The position numbers were made by a program, and so were the translations under genes. Shown here one piece after another: positions 1 to 9,403 of a DNA stretch of 64,000 nt. The number at the start of each line of letters is the position of its first letter. Position 1 is the first letter of the stretch. The DNA comes from Acidimicrobiia bacterium. GTDB taxonomy: Bacteria > Actinomycetota > Acidimicrobiia > Spongiisociales > UBA11373. Location: assembly GCA_040878325.1 (NCBI GenBank), contig JBBDMM010000006.1, forward strand, positions 128,418-192,417. The letters are read 5' to 3'. The notes beneath the pieces were generated by a model. That model made no database searches. It was not told where the DNA came from and saw only the letters and a program-made list of their open reading frames with translations.

Positions 1-885
1 CACGCCGGCGAGGTGCGAGATCACCTAATGGGGATCGACGGCGCCCTGGTGTGGGTGAACCCCGAGGAACAAGGCCATGATCGGTCGCGCCTCAACGAAG
101 TCCTTCGGGAGGTTGCCTCCTCCGGCGTGATGGTCAGTGCCCATCCCGACGCGATCGACGCGATCGGAACCAAGGAGGTGGTGTTCCACACCCGGCATCT
201 CGGATGGGGCACCGACACCCGACTCTACGAATCGTGGGAAGCGATGAGCGAGCTGTTCCCCGATGCCGTCCGGACCGGCCCGCGGGTAGTGAAGCGGGAA
301 CGGGGCAACGGGGGCAACGGTGTCTGGAAGGTCGAACTCCTCCACGCCGCCGCGGTTCTGGTTCGCCACGCCGCCCGGGGCAGCACGCCACAGTCGATGG
401 CCCTGGACCAATTCGTCGGCGACTGCGCCCCGTACTTCGAGAACGGGGCCTCGATGATCGATCAGGCCTACCAGCCTCTGCTCAGCGAAGGGATGATTCG
501 CTGCTACCTGGTCGGTGATCGGGTGGCGGGATTCGGCGAGCAAGCGGTGAACGCGTTGCACCCGCCCCCTCCGGGAGCCCCCGCGGAGGAGGCCCCGCAG
601 CCGGGTCCCCGGCTCTACTACCCGCCGGATCGGGACGACCTACAGCACCTGCGGGAGAGAATGGAGTCCGAGTGGGTGCCGCTGCTCTGCCAGGCGCGGG
701 GGATGGAATCCTCGGATCTGCCCGTGATCTGGGACGCCGACTTCCTCCACGGACCACCCGATGAGGAGGGGACGCCGGGATACGTTCTCTGCGAGATCAA
801 TGTCAGCTCGGTGTATCCATTCCCCGACTCTGCACTCGGGCCATTGGCCGCGGAGACGATCGCCCGGGTCGCGGGGCACCGCTGA
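1..885 (+). CDS. Cj0069-family ATP-grasp-like protein, probably 5'-truncated by the window
   Basis: Motifs DGALVWVNP, VSAHPD...GTKEV, RGNGGNGVWKVE, EGMIRCY, CEINVSSV; frame is open back to base 1. Confidence 0.7.
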   Translation, partial: HAGEVRDHLMGIDGALVWVNPEEQGHDRSRLNEVLREVASSGVMVSAHPDAIDAIGTKEVVFHTRHLGWGTDTRLYESWEAMSELFPDAVRTGPRVVKRERGNGGNGVWKVELLHAAAVLVRHAARGSTPQSMALDQFVGDCAPYFENGASMIDQAYQPLLSEGMIRCYLVGDRVAGFGEQAVNALHPPPPGAPAEEAPQPGPRLYYPPDRDDLQHLRERMESEWVPLLCQARGMESSDLPVIWDADFLHGPPDEEGTPGYVLCEINVSSVYPFPDSALGPLAAETIARVAGHR

Positions 886-900
886 CTGCGTCCCGGTGGC

Positions 901-1920
901 CTAGACCCTCTTTCGCAGCTCGACCTCGCCGCCGTGGACCTCGCCAGTCGGCTCGTAGCCGCGGGAGCGGTAGAAGTCGCCGGGTGAGCCCCGCCCCTCG
1001 CCGAAGCTGAGCACCAGGTATGCGCCACCCAGACCCCCCGCCTCTTCTTCCAGCAGGCTCATCGCGCGCGTGGCGACACCCCGCCGCTGATGGAGGCGGT
1101 CGATGAGCAGGCGCCACAAATAAGGGTCGCGGCCCTCGACCAGTGCCAGCATGCTGAAGCCCACGATTTCGCCGTCGGCTTCGATCGCGCGCAGCCAGGG
1201 ATGAATCGACACGCCGTCGCGGGTCCCGGGTCGCAGCGCCTGCGCCAACGACCGGGCCATCGGGGCGACGAAGGCCTCCTGGCTCCTGTGGGTGCGCAGC
1301 CCCGACACCACGGCAAGGTTCTCCGCGGTGATCTCGACCAGCCGCACCTCGCCCGGTGGGGTCCGGCGACGGCTCCGCCACGCCTCCCAGTCCGCGCGCA
1401 GCATCCCGTAGATCCAATCGTCGGAGCCCTCGCCGTCGAGCCAGAACGACATCAGGGTGTGGCCTTCGAACAACATGCCAATCCGTTCGAGCACCATCGC
1501 CGAGGGACGGTTGTCGGGGTGAAGCATGCCGAACACCCGGTCCACCCCTACCGACTCGAACAGGTAGTCGACCAATGCCTCCGCAGCCTCGAGCGCATAT
1601 CCCTGCTGCCAGTAGGCGGAGCCCAGCGTGTAACCGATCTCGGCCGTGTGGCCCTCGTTCTCGATATGGACCGCCAGGTCACCCACCACCTCTCCGGAGT
1701 CGGCCAGTTCGATGGTGGCCATCCACCAGTCGTCCACCTGGGGGCCGTCAACCGCGGCGCAGTCCCGGGCGATCTGGTCGGCCTTCTGGCGGGGGAATGG
1801 GGTGATCCAATCCTGGTACCTGGCCACCTCGGGATCGTTGCGTCGCTCCCACAGGCCGAAGCCGTCGTCGGGACGCATGGAGCGGATGACCAGGCGAGCG
1901 GTATTGATGGGAGAGAACAC
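901..1920 (-). CDS. Tandem GNAT acetyltransferase (RimJ/RimL-type N-terminal domain plus second GNAT domain)
   Basis: TARLVIRSM, AEIGYTLGSAYWQQGYA, DNRPSAMVLERIGM, then LWRLLIDRLHQRRGVA; GTG start at 1920 is a guess (ORF open to 1989). Confidence 0.8.
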   Translation of the reverse strand: MFSPINTARLVIRSMRPDDGFGLWERRNDPEVARYQDWITPFPRQKADQIARDCAAVDGPQVDDWWMATIELADSGEVVGDLAVHIENEGHTAEIGYTLGSAYWQQGYALEAAEALVDYLFESVGVDRVFGMLHPDNRPSAMVLERIGMLFEGHTLMSFWLDGEGSDDWIYGMLRADWEAWRSRRRTPPGEVRLVEITAENLAVVSGLRTHRSQEAFVAPMARSLAQALRPGTRDGVSIHPWLRAIEADGEIVGFSMLALVEGRDPYLWRLLIDRLHQRRGVATRAMSLLEEEAGGLGGAYLVLSFGEGRGSPGDFYRSRGYEPTGEVHGGEVELRKRV

Positions 1921-1940
1921 GGCGGGGGACGGTACACCAA

Positions 1941-3392
1941 GTGAACGCGGGCGAAACTGGGGCCGGTAGCGTCGCGCCGGTGACTCCACGAGAGGCCTCC
2001 CCCACCATCGTCTGGTACCGGCGTGACCTCCGTATCGCCGACAATGCGGCCCTGTCGTCTGCGATCGACACCGGGCGGCCCGTGATCCCGGTATTCATAT
2101 GGGCACGCGAGGAGGATGCTCCGTGGCAACCGGGCGTCGCCTCACGCTGGTGGTTGCACCACTCGTTGAAGTCGCTCGCCGTTGACCTCGGTACCCGCGG
2201 GTCACGGCTGGTCATCCGGCAGGCCGACGACAGCCTCGACGAGCTGCGCCGGATCATCGCCGAAACCGGGGCGGACACGGTGATGTGGAATCGCCTCTAC
2301 GAGCCTTCCCGCGCCGACGGTGACCGTCGTGTCGCCGATGCCCTCAGACGTGACGGGCTCGAGGTGGTCTCGTTCGAGGGTGCCCTACTCTTCGAGCCAT
2401 CCGAGGTCCTCAATCGAGCGGGAGCCCCTTTCCAGGTGTTCACCCCGTTCTGGAAGCACTGCTTGACGCGGGACGAGCCTCCCTCCCCAATTCCCGCGCC
2501 GGCCGCGGTGCCGCCGCCATCCAATTGGCCCTGGTCCGCCCCACTCGCCGACCTGGGCCTGATCGCCCCGGATGACCACCAATTCTCCGATCACTGGGTA
2601 CCCGGAGAATCCGCCGGGTGGAACTCGCTCGACGCCTTCCTTGGGGGGCCGATCGAGCGCTACGGCGACGATCGGGATCGCCCCGACCTGGCGGGCACCT
2701 CCCGCCTCTCGCCTCACCTTCACTTCGGAGAGATCACCGCCCGCCAGTTGTGGCATGTCCTTGGCGATCGTCGGGGCACCAGCGCCGACAAATTCCTCTC
2801 CGAAGTCGGCTGGCGCGAGTTCGCCCATCAACTTCTCCATCACTTCCCGCACACCGCCGACCAGCCCTTGCGGCCAGAGTTCACCCGCTTTCCGTGGCGC
2901 ACCGACCCCGAGCACCTCGAGGCATGGCACACCGGGCAGACCGGGTATCCCCTCGTCGATGCCGGGATGCGCCAACTGCGGGCCACCGGGTGGATGCACA
3001 ACCGGGTGCGGATGGTGGTGGCGTCGTTCCTGGTCAAGCATCTTCGGATCCACTGGCTGGAGGGGGCCCGGTGGTTCTGGGACACACTGGTGGACGCCGA
3101 CCTCGCCAACAACACCTTCGGGTGGCAGTGGACAGCCGGCAGCGGGGCAGATGCGGCGCCCTACCTTCGGGTCTTCAACCCAACCCTGCAGGGCGAGCGG
3201 TTCGACCCCGACGGGGGCTACATACGCCGCTGGGTGCCCGAGTTGAGCGGGATACCACAGCAGCACCTCTATCAACCGTGGAGGCGGCCACCTGCATCGA
3301 GCCTCGAGTACCCCGATCCCATCGTTGACCACGCCGACGCCCGCACCGAGGCGCTTCTCGCCTTCGAAGCTCTGAGGCGGGCCAGTCCATGA
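1941..3392 (+). CDS. phrB: Deoxyribodipyrimidine photolyase (class I CPD photolyase family)
   Basis: WYRRDLRIADN, TSRLSPHLHFGEI, WREF, TGYPLVDAGMRQL, GWMHNRVRM, DADLANN, GWQWTAG; start may be 1980. Confidence 0.92.
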   Translation: MNAGETGAGSVAPVTPREASPTIVWYRRDLRIADNAALSSAIDTGRPVIPVFIWAREEDAPWQPGVASRWWLHHSLKSLAVDLGTRGSRLVIRQADDSLDELRRIIAETGADTVMWNRLYEPSRADGDRRVADALRRDGLEVVSFEGALLFEPSEVLNRAGAPFQVFTPFWKHCLTRDEPPSPIPAPAAVPPPSNWPWSAPLADLGLIAPDDHQFSDHWVPGESAGWNSLDAFLGGPIERYGDDRDRPDLAGTSRLSPHLHFGEITARQLWHVLGDRRGTSADKFLSEVGWREFAHQLLHHFPHTADQPLRPEFTRFPWRTDPEHLEAWHTGQTGYPLVDAGMRQLRATGWMHNRVRMVVASFLVKHLRIHWLEGARWFWDTLVDADLANNTFGWQWTAGSGADAAPYLRVFNPTLQGERFDPDGGYIRRWVPELSGIPQQHLYQPWRRPPASSLEYPDPIVDHADARTEALLAFEALRRASP

Positions 3393-3393
3393 G

Positions 3394-3434
3394 AGAAGCC
3401 CTCCGGGAGAGGTGATCTCTCCCGGAGGGCTTCT
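3394..3434. terminator. Perfect 18-bp-stem hairpin between convergent genes
   Basis: AGAAGCCCTCCGGGAGAG-GTGAT-CTCTCCCGGAGGGCTTCT. Confidence 0.8.
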
Positions 3435-3543
3435 ACCCGGTTCAGACCGACGATCAGGCGGGTTCGTTGACCGTGAACTTGTAGGTGGTGTGGGCCGAGC
3501 CGTTCACCTTCACCGTGAGTAGCCGCCGCCACCAAGTGTCGCG

Positions 3544-4458
3544 TCAGGAGCGGAGACGCTCGAGAGCGTGATCCACCCGACTCATGTCGTCGTCGGCCAC
3601 CTGGATGTAGAAGCGTTGCAACCCCGCGTCCTCCAGGCCACCAAGCACTTCCCGGACCTGATCCCAGGTTCCCCGCGGTGAGTTCCGCATCCGCATCGAC
3701 TCCTCGAGGTCCTCGACCTTCACGGACATCTCGGCGGCGCGCGCCTCGAGCATCTTGCGGTAGGTGGCCTCGTCGTCGGCGGCGGTGAGCACTCCCGAGG
3801 ACGAGATGAGCAGTGCGTCGGGATCGCGGCCCGCGTCTGTCGCCGCCTGCCTCGCCACGGCCACCTTGGCGGCAAAAGCCTCGGGAGGGGCGGGGTAGGC
3901 GTTCAGTTCGTCGCAGTACCGGCCTGCCAGTTCGGGCGTTCTCTTTGGGCCGATGCCGCCCACGACCAGCCGCAGCGGCGGACGCGGTTGCATGTCGAAG
4001 GCCTCGAAGGAGTAGTGCTTGCCGCTGAACGCTCTCGGCGGATCCGAAAAGGCGGCCCGCAAGTACCCCAGCGCTTCCTCAAGCATGTCGAACCGCTCGG
4101 CTCGCTCCGGGAAGGGGAACCCGAACAGTGTGTGCTCCCGCTCCATCCAACCGGTGCCAACGCCCAGAGTCACCCTTCCGCCCGACATTTCGTAGAGCGA
4201 CGCATAAGACTTTGCCAGTACCGCCGGATGCCGCCAGGTCACCGGGCTCACCAGCAGAACCAGTTCGATAGAAGTCGTCTCACGGGCGAGTCCGGCCATC
4301 ACCACCAGGGCGTCGTGGGCCGACGCGCTGTCGCCCCCGCCGCGGAGATAGTGGTCCGGGATGGCGAAGGCGGCCAAACCTCGCGACTCGGCAAACCGAG
4401 CCCACGAGAGGGTCTCCTCGTAGGTGGCGCCGAGGGCTTGAAGGGCGTACCGGATCAT
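3544..4458 (-). CDS. LLM-class flavin (possibly F420)-dependent oxidoreductase
   Basis: AIPDHY, LARETTSIEL...LVSPVTWRHPAVLAK, SGGRVTLGVGTGWMEREH. Confidence 0.88.
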   Translation of the reverse strand: MIRYALQALGATYEETLSWARFAESRGLAAFAIPDHYLRGGGDSASAHDALVVMAGLARETTSIELVLLVSPVTWRHPAVLAKSYASLYEMSGGRVTLGVGTGWMEREHTLFGFPFPERAERFDMLEEALGYLRAAFSDPPRAFSGKHYSFEAFDMQPRPPLRLVVGGIGPKRTPELAGRYCDELNAYPAPPEAFAAKVAVARQAATDAGRDPDALLISSSGVLTAADDEATYRKMLEARAAEMSVKVEDLEESMRMRNSPRGTWDQVREVLGGLEDAGLQRFYIQVADDDMSRVDHALERLRS

Positions 4459-4469
4459 CGACGGTCCTT

Positions 4470-4616
4470 TCAGTCGGTCGGTGCGCCAACCGTCGGACGG
4501 TCATCATCCACCGTAGACCCGAACCCGACCAGGCCGAGGGTGCCGCCGACGATGGCACCGGCGATCGCGGTCGCTCCGAGAACCCGCTTGAGAGCGCTCG
4601 GTAGAGATATCGCCAT
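4470..4616 (-). CDS. Small 48-aa single-TM protein (below ORF-track cutoff)
   Basis: MAISLPSALKRVLGATAIAGAIVGGTLGLVGFGSTVDDDRPTVGAPTD; G-rich RBS-like sequence upstream; 11 bp before the LLM gene. Confidence 0.55.
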   Translation of the reverse strand: MAISLPSALKRVLGATAIAGAIVGGTLGLVGFGSTVDDDRPTVGAPTD

Positions 4617-4678
4617 CGGCCCCCTGTCGGAGTTGGGGCGAGGTTAGACCAGGGTCCCTCGTCGACGAATTGCCGATT

Positions 4679-4701
4679 GCGGCCGAGCGAAGCTCGGCCG
4701 C
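4679..4701. terminator. Hairpin at the dnaB 3' end
   Basis: GCGGCCGAGC-GAA-GCTCGGCCGC. Confidence 0.6.
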
Positions 4702-6059
4702 TACATCGGGTCTTCGCGGCGCGCCAGGTTGGCGAAGCGGTTGAATTCGGCGGCGAACGCCAGCTTGATGGTTCCCCGGGCACCGGCACGGTGCTTGGCG
4801 ATCTCGACTTCGGCGATGCCGGCGTTCTCGGGGTTGTTGGCGTCGTAGTAATCGTCGCGATAGATGAACAGCACGACGTCGGCGTCCTGCTCGATGGCAC
4901 CCGACTCGCGGAGGTCGCCGAGGCGGGGGCGCTTGTTCTCCCTCGACTCCAACTGCCGGTTGAGCTGCGAGACGGCGATGACCGGAACCTTCAGCTCTCG
5001 GGCCAGGTTCTTGAGCGAGCGGCTGATGTCGGCGATCTCCTGCTGGCGGTTCTCGGCCGCCCGGGGGCCTTGCATCAGCTGCAGGTAATCCACGACCACC
5101 AGCTCGAGGCCGCCCTTACGCTTGAGGCGGCGGCACTTGGCCCGGATCGAGGTGACGGTGAGGTCGTGAGAGTCGTCCACATAGAACGGCATCTCGTACA
5201 GCTTCGATGATGCCTGGCTCAGCTTGCGCCACCGGTCGACGTCGAGCTGGCCGGTCTTGATCTTCGAGGCGTCCACCCCGGCCAGTGAGGCCAGAAGGCG
5301 ATGGACCACCTCTTCGCGGCTCATCTCCAGGGTGAAGAGGGCGACCGGCTTCTTGTGGTCGGCGATGTTGGCGGCGATGTTGATCGCCAGCGTGCTCTTG
5401 CCCATGCCGGGCCGGGCCGCCACCACCACCAGGTTCTCCGGATGGAGGCCGGCAAGGATCTGGTCGAGTTCATGAAAGCCGGTAGGAGTGCCGGTGACGG
5501 CACCCCCGGCGTCGCCGAGCGCCTCGATCTTCTCGAGGGCGGCCTTGAGCATCGGGCCGACCGGTTCGAGGCCCTCCCCCATCTTCCGGTCGGCGACGGC
5601 GAACACCTCGGCCTCGGCGGAGTCGAGTGCCTGCTCGATGGGAATGTCACCGCGGAGGGCGAACGTCCCCACCTCGCCGCCGGCGCGCAACAGGCGGCGC
5701 CGCACCGAGGTCTCGTCGACGATCCCGGCGTAGTAGTCGACGTTCGAGGTGGAGGGGACCCCCTCCATCAGCCGGGTGATCGCCCCGATGCCCCCCACCC
5801 GATCCAACGACTCGTTGCGGCGCAACCAGTCGGAGACGGTGATCGGATCGATCGGCTCGTTGCCGTCGAACAGGGCGGTGATCGCTTCCCAGATCGTCTG
5901 GTGCGCCGGCTTGTAGAAGTCCTCGGACCGCAGGGACTCGAGTGCCACGTTGGCGGCGTCGGCGGACAGCATGACCGCGCCGAGGACCGACTCCTCCGCC
6001 TCGATGTTGTGAGGCGGTGCCACCCCCTGGGGGGTTCTGCGGTCGAGTTGGGTGGTCAT
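4701..6059 (-). CDS. dnaB: Replicative DNA helicase
   Basis: PPHNIEAEESVLG, AARPGMGKS, VVDYLQLM, ENRQQEI, SQLNR, DLRESGAIEQDAD; no intein. Confidence 0.98.
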   Translation of the reverse strand: MTTQLDRRTPQGVAPPHNIEAEESVLGAVMLSADAANVALESLRSEDFYKPAHQTIWEAITALFDGNEPIDPITVSDWLRRNESLDRVGGIGAITRLMEGVPSTSNVDYYAGIVDETSVRRRLLRAGGEVGTFALRGDIPIEQALDSAEAEVFAVADRKMGEGLEPVGPMLKAALEKIEALGDAGGAVTGTPTGFHELDQILAGLHPENLVVVAARPGMGKSTLAINIAANIADHKKPVALFTLEMSREEVVHRLLASLAGVDASKIKTGQLDVDRWRKLSQASSKLYEMPFYVDDSHDLTVTSIRAKCRRLKRKGGLELVVVDYLQLMQGPRAAENRQQEIADISRSLKNLARELKVPVIAVSQLNRQLESRENKRPRLGDLRESGAIEQDADVVLFIYRDDYYDANNPENAGIAEVEIAKHRAGARGTIKLAFAAEFNRFANLARREDPM

Positions 6060-6505
6060 TACGCGGGAATCACATCCAGAGTCAGTCGTGCTTCGATGTC
6101 GCGGTAAGGAGTGACGATCACTTCGTGCAGCCCGATCTCCTTGATGGGACCGGCCAGCCTGATCTGCTCGGCGGGGACCACGACCCCGGTGTACTTGGCG
6201 ATGGCCTCGGCCACGTCGCGGGCGCCGATCGAACCGAACAACTTGCCCTCGTCGGCGGCCCGGGCGGCAACAACCACGGTGGTGTCGGCGAGCGCCAGGG
6301 CGACCTGCTCGGCCGTTTCCCGGGCGACGGCCTCGGACGCCTCACGTGCCTCGCGCAGAGTGTGGGCGTCCCGGAGCGCCCCCGCGGTCGCCTTGATCGC
6401 CATCGACCGGGGCAGCAGGTAGTTGCGCCCGTAGCCCTCGGCCACGTCGACGACGTCTCCCTTGTGCCCCAGATCGGTCACGTCCTGGGTGAGTACGAGC
6501 TTCAT
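6059..6505 (-). CDS. rplI: 50S ribosomal protein L9
   Basis: [28 protein letters not shown]. Confidence 0.97.
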   Translation of the reverse strand: MKLVLTQDVTDLGHKGDVVDVAEGYGRNYLLPRSMAIKATAGALRDAHTLREAREASEAVARETAEQVALALADTTVVVAARAADEGKLFGSIGARDVAEAIAKYTGVVVPAEQIRLAGPIKEIGLHEVIVTPYRDIEARLTLDVIPA

Positions 6506-6774
6506 CGGCCGAGGTACGGCAGCAGGGCCATCTCACGGGCGTTCTTGATGGCCCGTGCGATCTTTCGCTGGCACCGCGGGCAGTTGCCCGTGACCCGCGA
6601 GGAGCGGATCTTGGCGCGGTCCGACATGAACTTGCGGAGGGAGGCGACGTCCTTGTAGTCCACCTTCCAGTCGCGGGTCGCGCAGAACTCACAGGTCTGC
6701 TTCTTGGGGCGCCGGCCCCCCCTCTCGGGAACCCGGCGCTTCTTCTTCTCGGCCTTTTGTGATCTCGGTGACAC
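6502..6774 (-). CDS. rpsR: 30S ribosomal protein S18 (Zn-binding type)
   Basis: CEFC...[12 protein letters not shown]...KI...RVTGNC...[13 protein letters not shown]; AGGAGG RBS. Confidence 0.96.
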   Translation of the reverse strand: MSPRSQKAEKKKRRVPERGGRRPKKQTCEFCATRDWKVDYKDVASLRKFMSDRAKIRSSRVTGNCPRCQRKIARAIKNAREMALLPYLGR

Positions 6775-6797
6775 GGTGTCCTCCTGGGGAAGTGTGT

Positions 6798-7247
6798 TTA
6801 GAAGGGGGCCTCTTCAGGCCCGTATTCCTCTCGGGCGACAGGGGCGGCGGCGACGTTCGGCTGTGATCCACCGCCGAAGCTGTCCCCGCTGCGGGGTGAC
6901 TTGGTGACGGAGGCAGTCGCCCACCGCAACGACGGGCCGATCTCGTCGATCGCCACTTCGACGACAGAACGCTTCTCGCCCTCCTGGGTCTCCCAGTTGC
7001 GCTGCTCGAGGCGGCCGGTGACGATGACGCGGGCTCCCTTGGTCAGGGACTCGGCGGCGTTCTCGGCGGCATCCCTCCACAGGGTGCCTCCGAAGAAGCT
7101 GGTGTCCTCCTGCCATTCGCCATTGCGGTCTTGCCAACGCCGATTCACGGCGAACCGGACCTTCGCCATGGCCACCCCCGATGGGGTGAACCGCAGTTCC
7201 GGGTCCTCGACCAGGTTGCCGATGAGCGTGACGTGATTGGCTGCCAT
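6798..7247 (-). CDS. ssb: Single-stranded DNA-binding protein
   Basis: [29 protein letters not shown], acidic tail EEAPF. Confidence 0.97.
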   Translation of the reverse strand: MAANHVTLIGNLVEDPELRFTPSGVAMAKVRFAVNRRWQDRNGEWQEDTSFFGGTLWRDAAENAAESLTKGARVIVTGRLEQRNWETQEGEKRSVVEVAIDEIGPSLRWATASVTKSPRSGDSFGGGSQPNVAAAPVAREEYGPEEAPF

Positions 7248-7329
7248 AACTATCCCTCTGCCCCCGCTGCCGGGGTTGCTCGATGTATTGCTCTCAATAA
7301 TGAATGGTGGGTGTGACGAATTCCAGAGG

Positions 7330-7626
7330 TCACTCCGGGCGGATGAACTTGTGGCGGACCACCTGGTCGGAAAGCGATAGCGCCCGATCGATGTCGGTGA
7401 TCGCCGCTGGTTCGGCGTTGAACTGCAGGACCGAGTAGTAGCCCTCGTTGAGATGGTTGATCTCGTAGGCGAAACGCCGCTTGCCCCAGAAGTCGTTCAC
7501 GGTTATCTCGGCGCCACGCTCGGTGAGTGCGGCGGCGACGCGATCGACTTCGGTGCGGACATCGCTCTCGACCATCTCAGGCCGGAATATGGTCATCAAT
7601 TCGTACGTGCGCACGATGCGCTCCAC
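7330..7626 (-). CDS. rpsF: 30S ribosomal protein S6
   Basis: YELMTIFRPE, WGKRRFAYEI, EGYY, VVRHK; position in the rpsF-ssb-rpsR-rplI operon. Confidence 0.96.
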   Translation of the reverse strand: MERIVRTYELMTIFRPEMVESDVRTEVDRVAAALTERGAEITVNDFWGKRRFAYEINHLNEGYYSVLQFNAEPAAITDIDRALSLSDQVVRHKFIRPE

Positions 7627-7692
7627 CTCCTTTGGACACCCGCGTACGGCGGGAGGCCCCCGTAAGGGCAGTAGGGGAAGGCGGGGAGTGTA
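7627..7692 (-). promoter_or_regulatory. rpsF promoter (-10 TACACT) and putative S6:S18 autoregulatory leader RNA
   Basis: Minus strand TACACT...CCCCTACTGCCCTTACGGGGGCCTCCCGCCGTACGCGGGTGTCCAAAGGAGGTGG; pyrimidine-rich 5' part could pair with the SD; family match from recall only. Confidence 0.45.
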
Positions 7693-7728
7693 TCGCGGCG
7701 AGGGCGGAACGCGGAAATGGGCGAGAGC

Positions 7729-7852
7729 GCGATACGCGATACGCGATACGCGATACGAAGGAAGCGGTGAACGCGTGCCGATACCGGTCTGGCGATTCTT
7801 GCGGGAAGCGGGAAGCGGGAAGCGGGAAGCCTGAGGGCGGAAGGCGGAAGGC
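7729..7852. repeat. Modular heptamer element R1
   Basis: (GCGATAC)x4 7729-7756, linker CGCGTGCCGA 7772-7781, TTCTT then (GCGGGAA)x4 7801-7828, (GGCGGAA)x2. Confidence 0.92.
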
Positions 7853-7858
7853 CCCCGC

Positions 7859-8395
7859 CTAGGGACCCTCCACCGACAGGAACGGTTGGTCTATCGCGTC
7901 GAACGCTCCCCGGGGGGCTTCCAGGGCGTAGCGGTAGGAGCCGGATGGCTGATAGCGCTCGCAGGGTTCGGCGACACAGGGCTCCATGCGGAGCAGGTCG
8001 ACCAGGGTTCCATCGGCGGCGAAGAAGGCGATGTCGAGCGGCAGCAGGGTGTCCCGCATCACGAAGGCCGACGCCACGTCGGCGTCCCAGACGAACAGCA
8101 TCCCGTCGAGACCACCGAGGTCGGTCACGCCCATGAGCCCTTGGGCGCGCTGGTCGCGATCGGTGGCCACGGCCACCTCCCACTCGTCCCCCGAAACCAC
8201 GATCGTCTGGTGCTCGAACGCGTCGAGGGGATGGGCGGCTGCGGCCGTCGTCTCGGTGGTGGGCCCGATGACCGGCGGAACGGTGGTCGCCCTGGTCGCC
8301 GGATCCGGCTCGGCGAGAAGGACTCCCACCGCGATCGCCAGCACGACCGCCAGGCCGATACCCAGGGCCAGCGGTCCCCAACGACGGGTGGTCAC
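7859..8395 (-). CDS. DUF192-family protein with N-terminal TM anchor
   Basis: VAVATDRDQRAQGLM, GMLFVW, FVMRDTLLPLDIAF, YALEAP. Confidence 0.85.
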   Translation of the reverse strand: MTTRRWGPLALGIGLAVVLAIAVGVLLAEPDPATRATTVPPVIGPTTETTAAAAHPLDAFEHQTIVVSGDEWEVAVATDRDQRAQGLMGVTDLGGLDGMLFVWDADVASAFVMRDTLLPLDIAFFAADGTLVDLLRMEPCVAEPCERYQPSGSYRYALEAPRGAFDAIDQPFLSVEGP

Positions 8396-9243
8396 CCGTC
8401 GCTCAAGAGTGCTCGGGCGACCTCTTCTGGCATGTGATATGTCTCGTCGTCCGAGGGGAAGTCGCCCTTTTGGACATCCTCGAAGAAGCGGGTGACGGCC
8501 TCGGTGGCGATCGCCCCCAGGTCGACGTACTGGCGCACGAACTTGGGCACCCGTCCATCGCCCAATCCGAGCAGGTCGTGGAAGACCAGTACCTGCCCGT
8601 CAACCTTCGGTCCGGCGCCGATCCCGATGGTCGGGGCACCGACCTCCTTGGTGATCAACTCGGCGAGCACGTCGGGCACCCCCTCGAGCACGATCGAGAA
8701 CACCCCGGCGGCGTCGAGTGCCCGGGCGTCGGCGATGAGCTCGCGCGCCGCCTCGATCTGCTTGCCCTGCACCCGGTAGCCACCCATCGCGTGCACCGAC
8801 TGGGGGGTGAGGCCGAGGTGGCCCATCACCGGGATCTCCGCGTCGAGGACCGCCTCGATCATCGGCAGCCGCTTGCGACCCCCTTCGAGCTTGACGGCCT
8901 CGGCCCCGCCTTGGGCGACCATGCGCCCGGCATTGCGGACCGTCTCCTCCACCGAGACGTGATACGACATCCACGGCATGTCGCCCACCACGAGGGCAGC
9001 CGGCTTGGTGCCCGCAACTGCCCGGGTGTGATGGACCATGTCGTCCATGGTCACGGTCAAGGTGGTCTCGCGGCCCAGCACCACGTTGGCAAGTGAGTCG
9101 CCCACCAGGATGATGTCGGCGCCGGCGGCGTCGGCGATGCGCGCCGAAGGGGCGTCGTAGGCAGTGATCATTCGCAGCTTGGGGCCGCCCTTGGCGGCGC
9201 GCACCTTGGGGGCAGTCTGCTTCTCACGGGTCTCGTCGCGCAT
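8392..9243 (-). CDS. panB: 3-methyl-2-oxobutanoate hydroxymethyltransferase
   Basis: MITAYDA, ILVGDSL, VGDMP, AVKLEGG, MGHLGLTPQS, TIGIGAG..DGQVLV. Confidence 0.97.
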   Translation of the reverse strand: MRDETREKQTAPKVRAAKGGPKLRMITAYDAPSARIADAAGADIILVGDSLANVVLGRETTLTVTMDDMVHHTRAVAGTKPAALVVGDMPWMSYHVSVEETVRNAGRMVAQGGAEAVKLEGGRKRLPMIEAVLDAEIPVMGHLGLTPQSVHAMGGYRVQGKQIEAARELIADARALDAAGVFSIVLEGVPDVLAELITKEVGAPTIGIGAGPKVDGQVLVFHDLLGLGDGRVPKFVRQYVDLGAIATEAVTRFFEDVQKGDFPSDDETYHMPEEVARALLSDG

Positions 9244-9403
9244 TTCTCAGCCTTTCTCCCCACCGGGTTCCGGTTGGGGGAACATCGCGCGTCTTCGGTT
9301 GACCCCCGCCTTCGTGGATCGGCCGCCTACTGGTCGGCCGTACCTGCGGGTACCCCTCCATCATAGGAAACCCCGGGCCAAGGCCGGCACTAGCGTCGGT
9401 CCC

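Noticed and set aside
3544-3546. Selenocysteine recoding of the LLM TGA
   Set aside because: The upstream protein is already full length, no Cys-equivalent position is expected there, and no SECIS-like hairpin is evident.
4701-6059. Inteins in dnaB, gyrA or gyrB
   Set aside because: Lengths (452, 811 and about 638 aa) and continuous motifs fit intein-free proteins.
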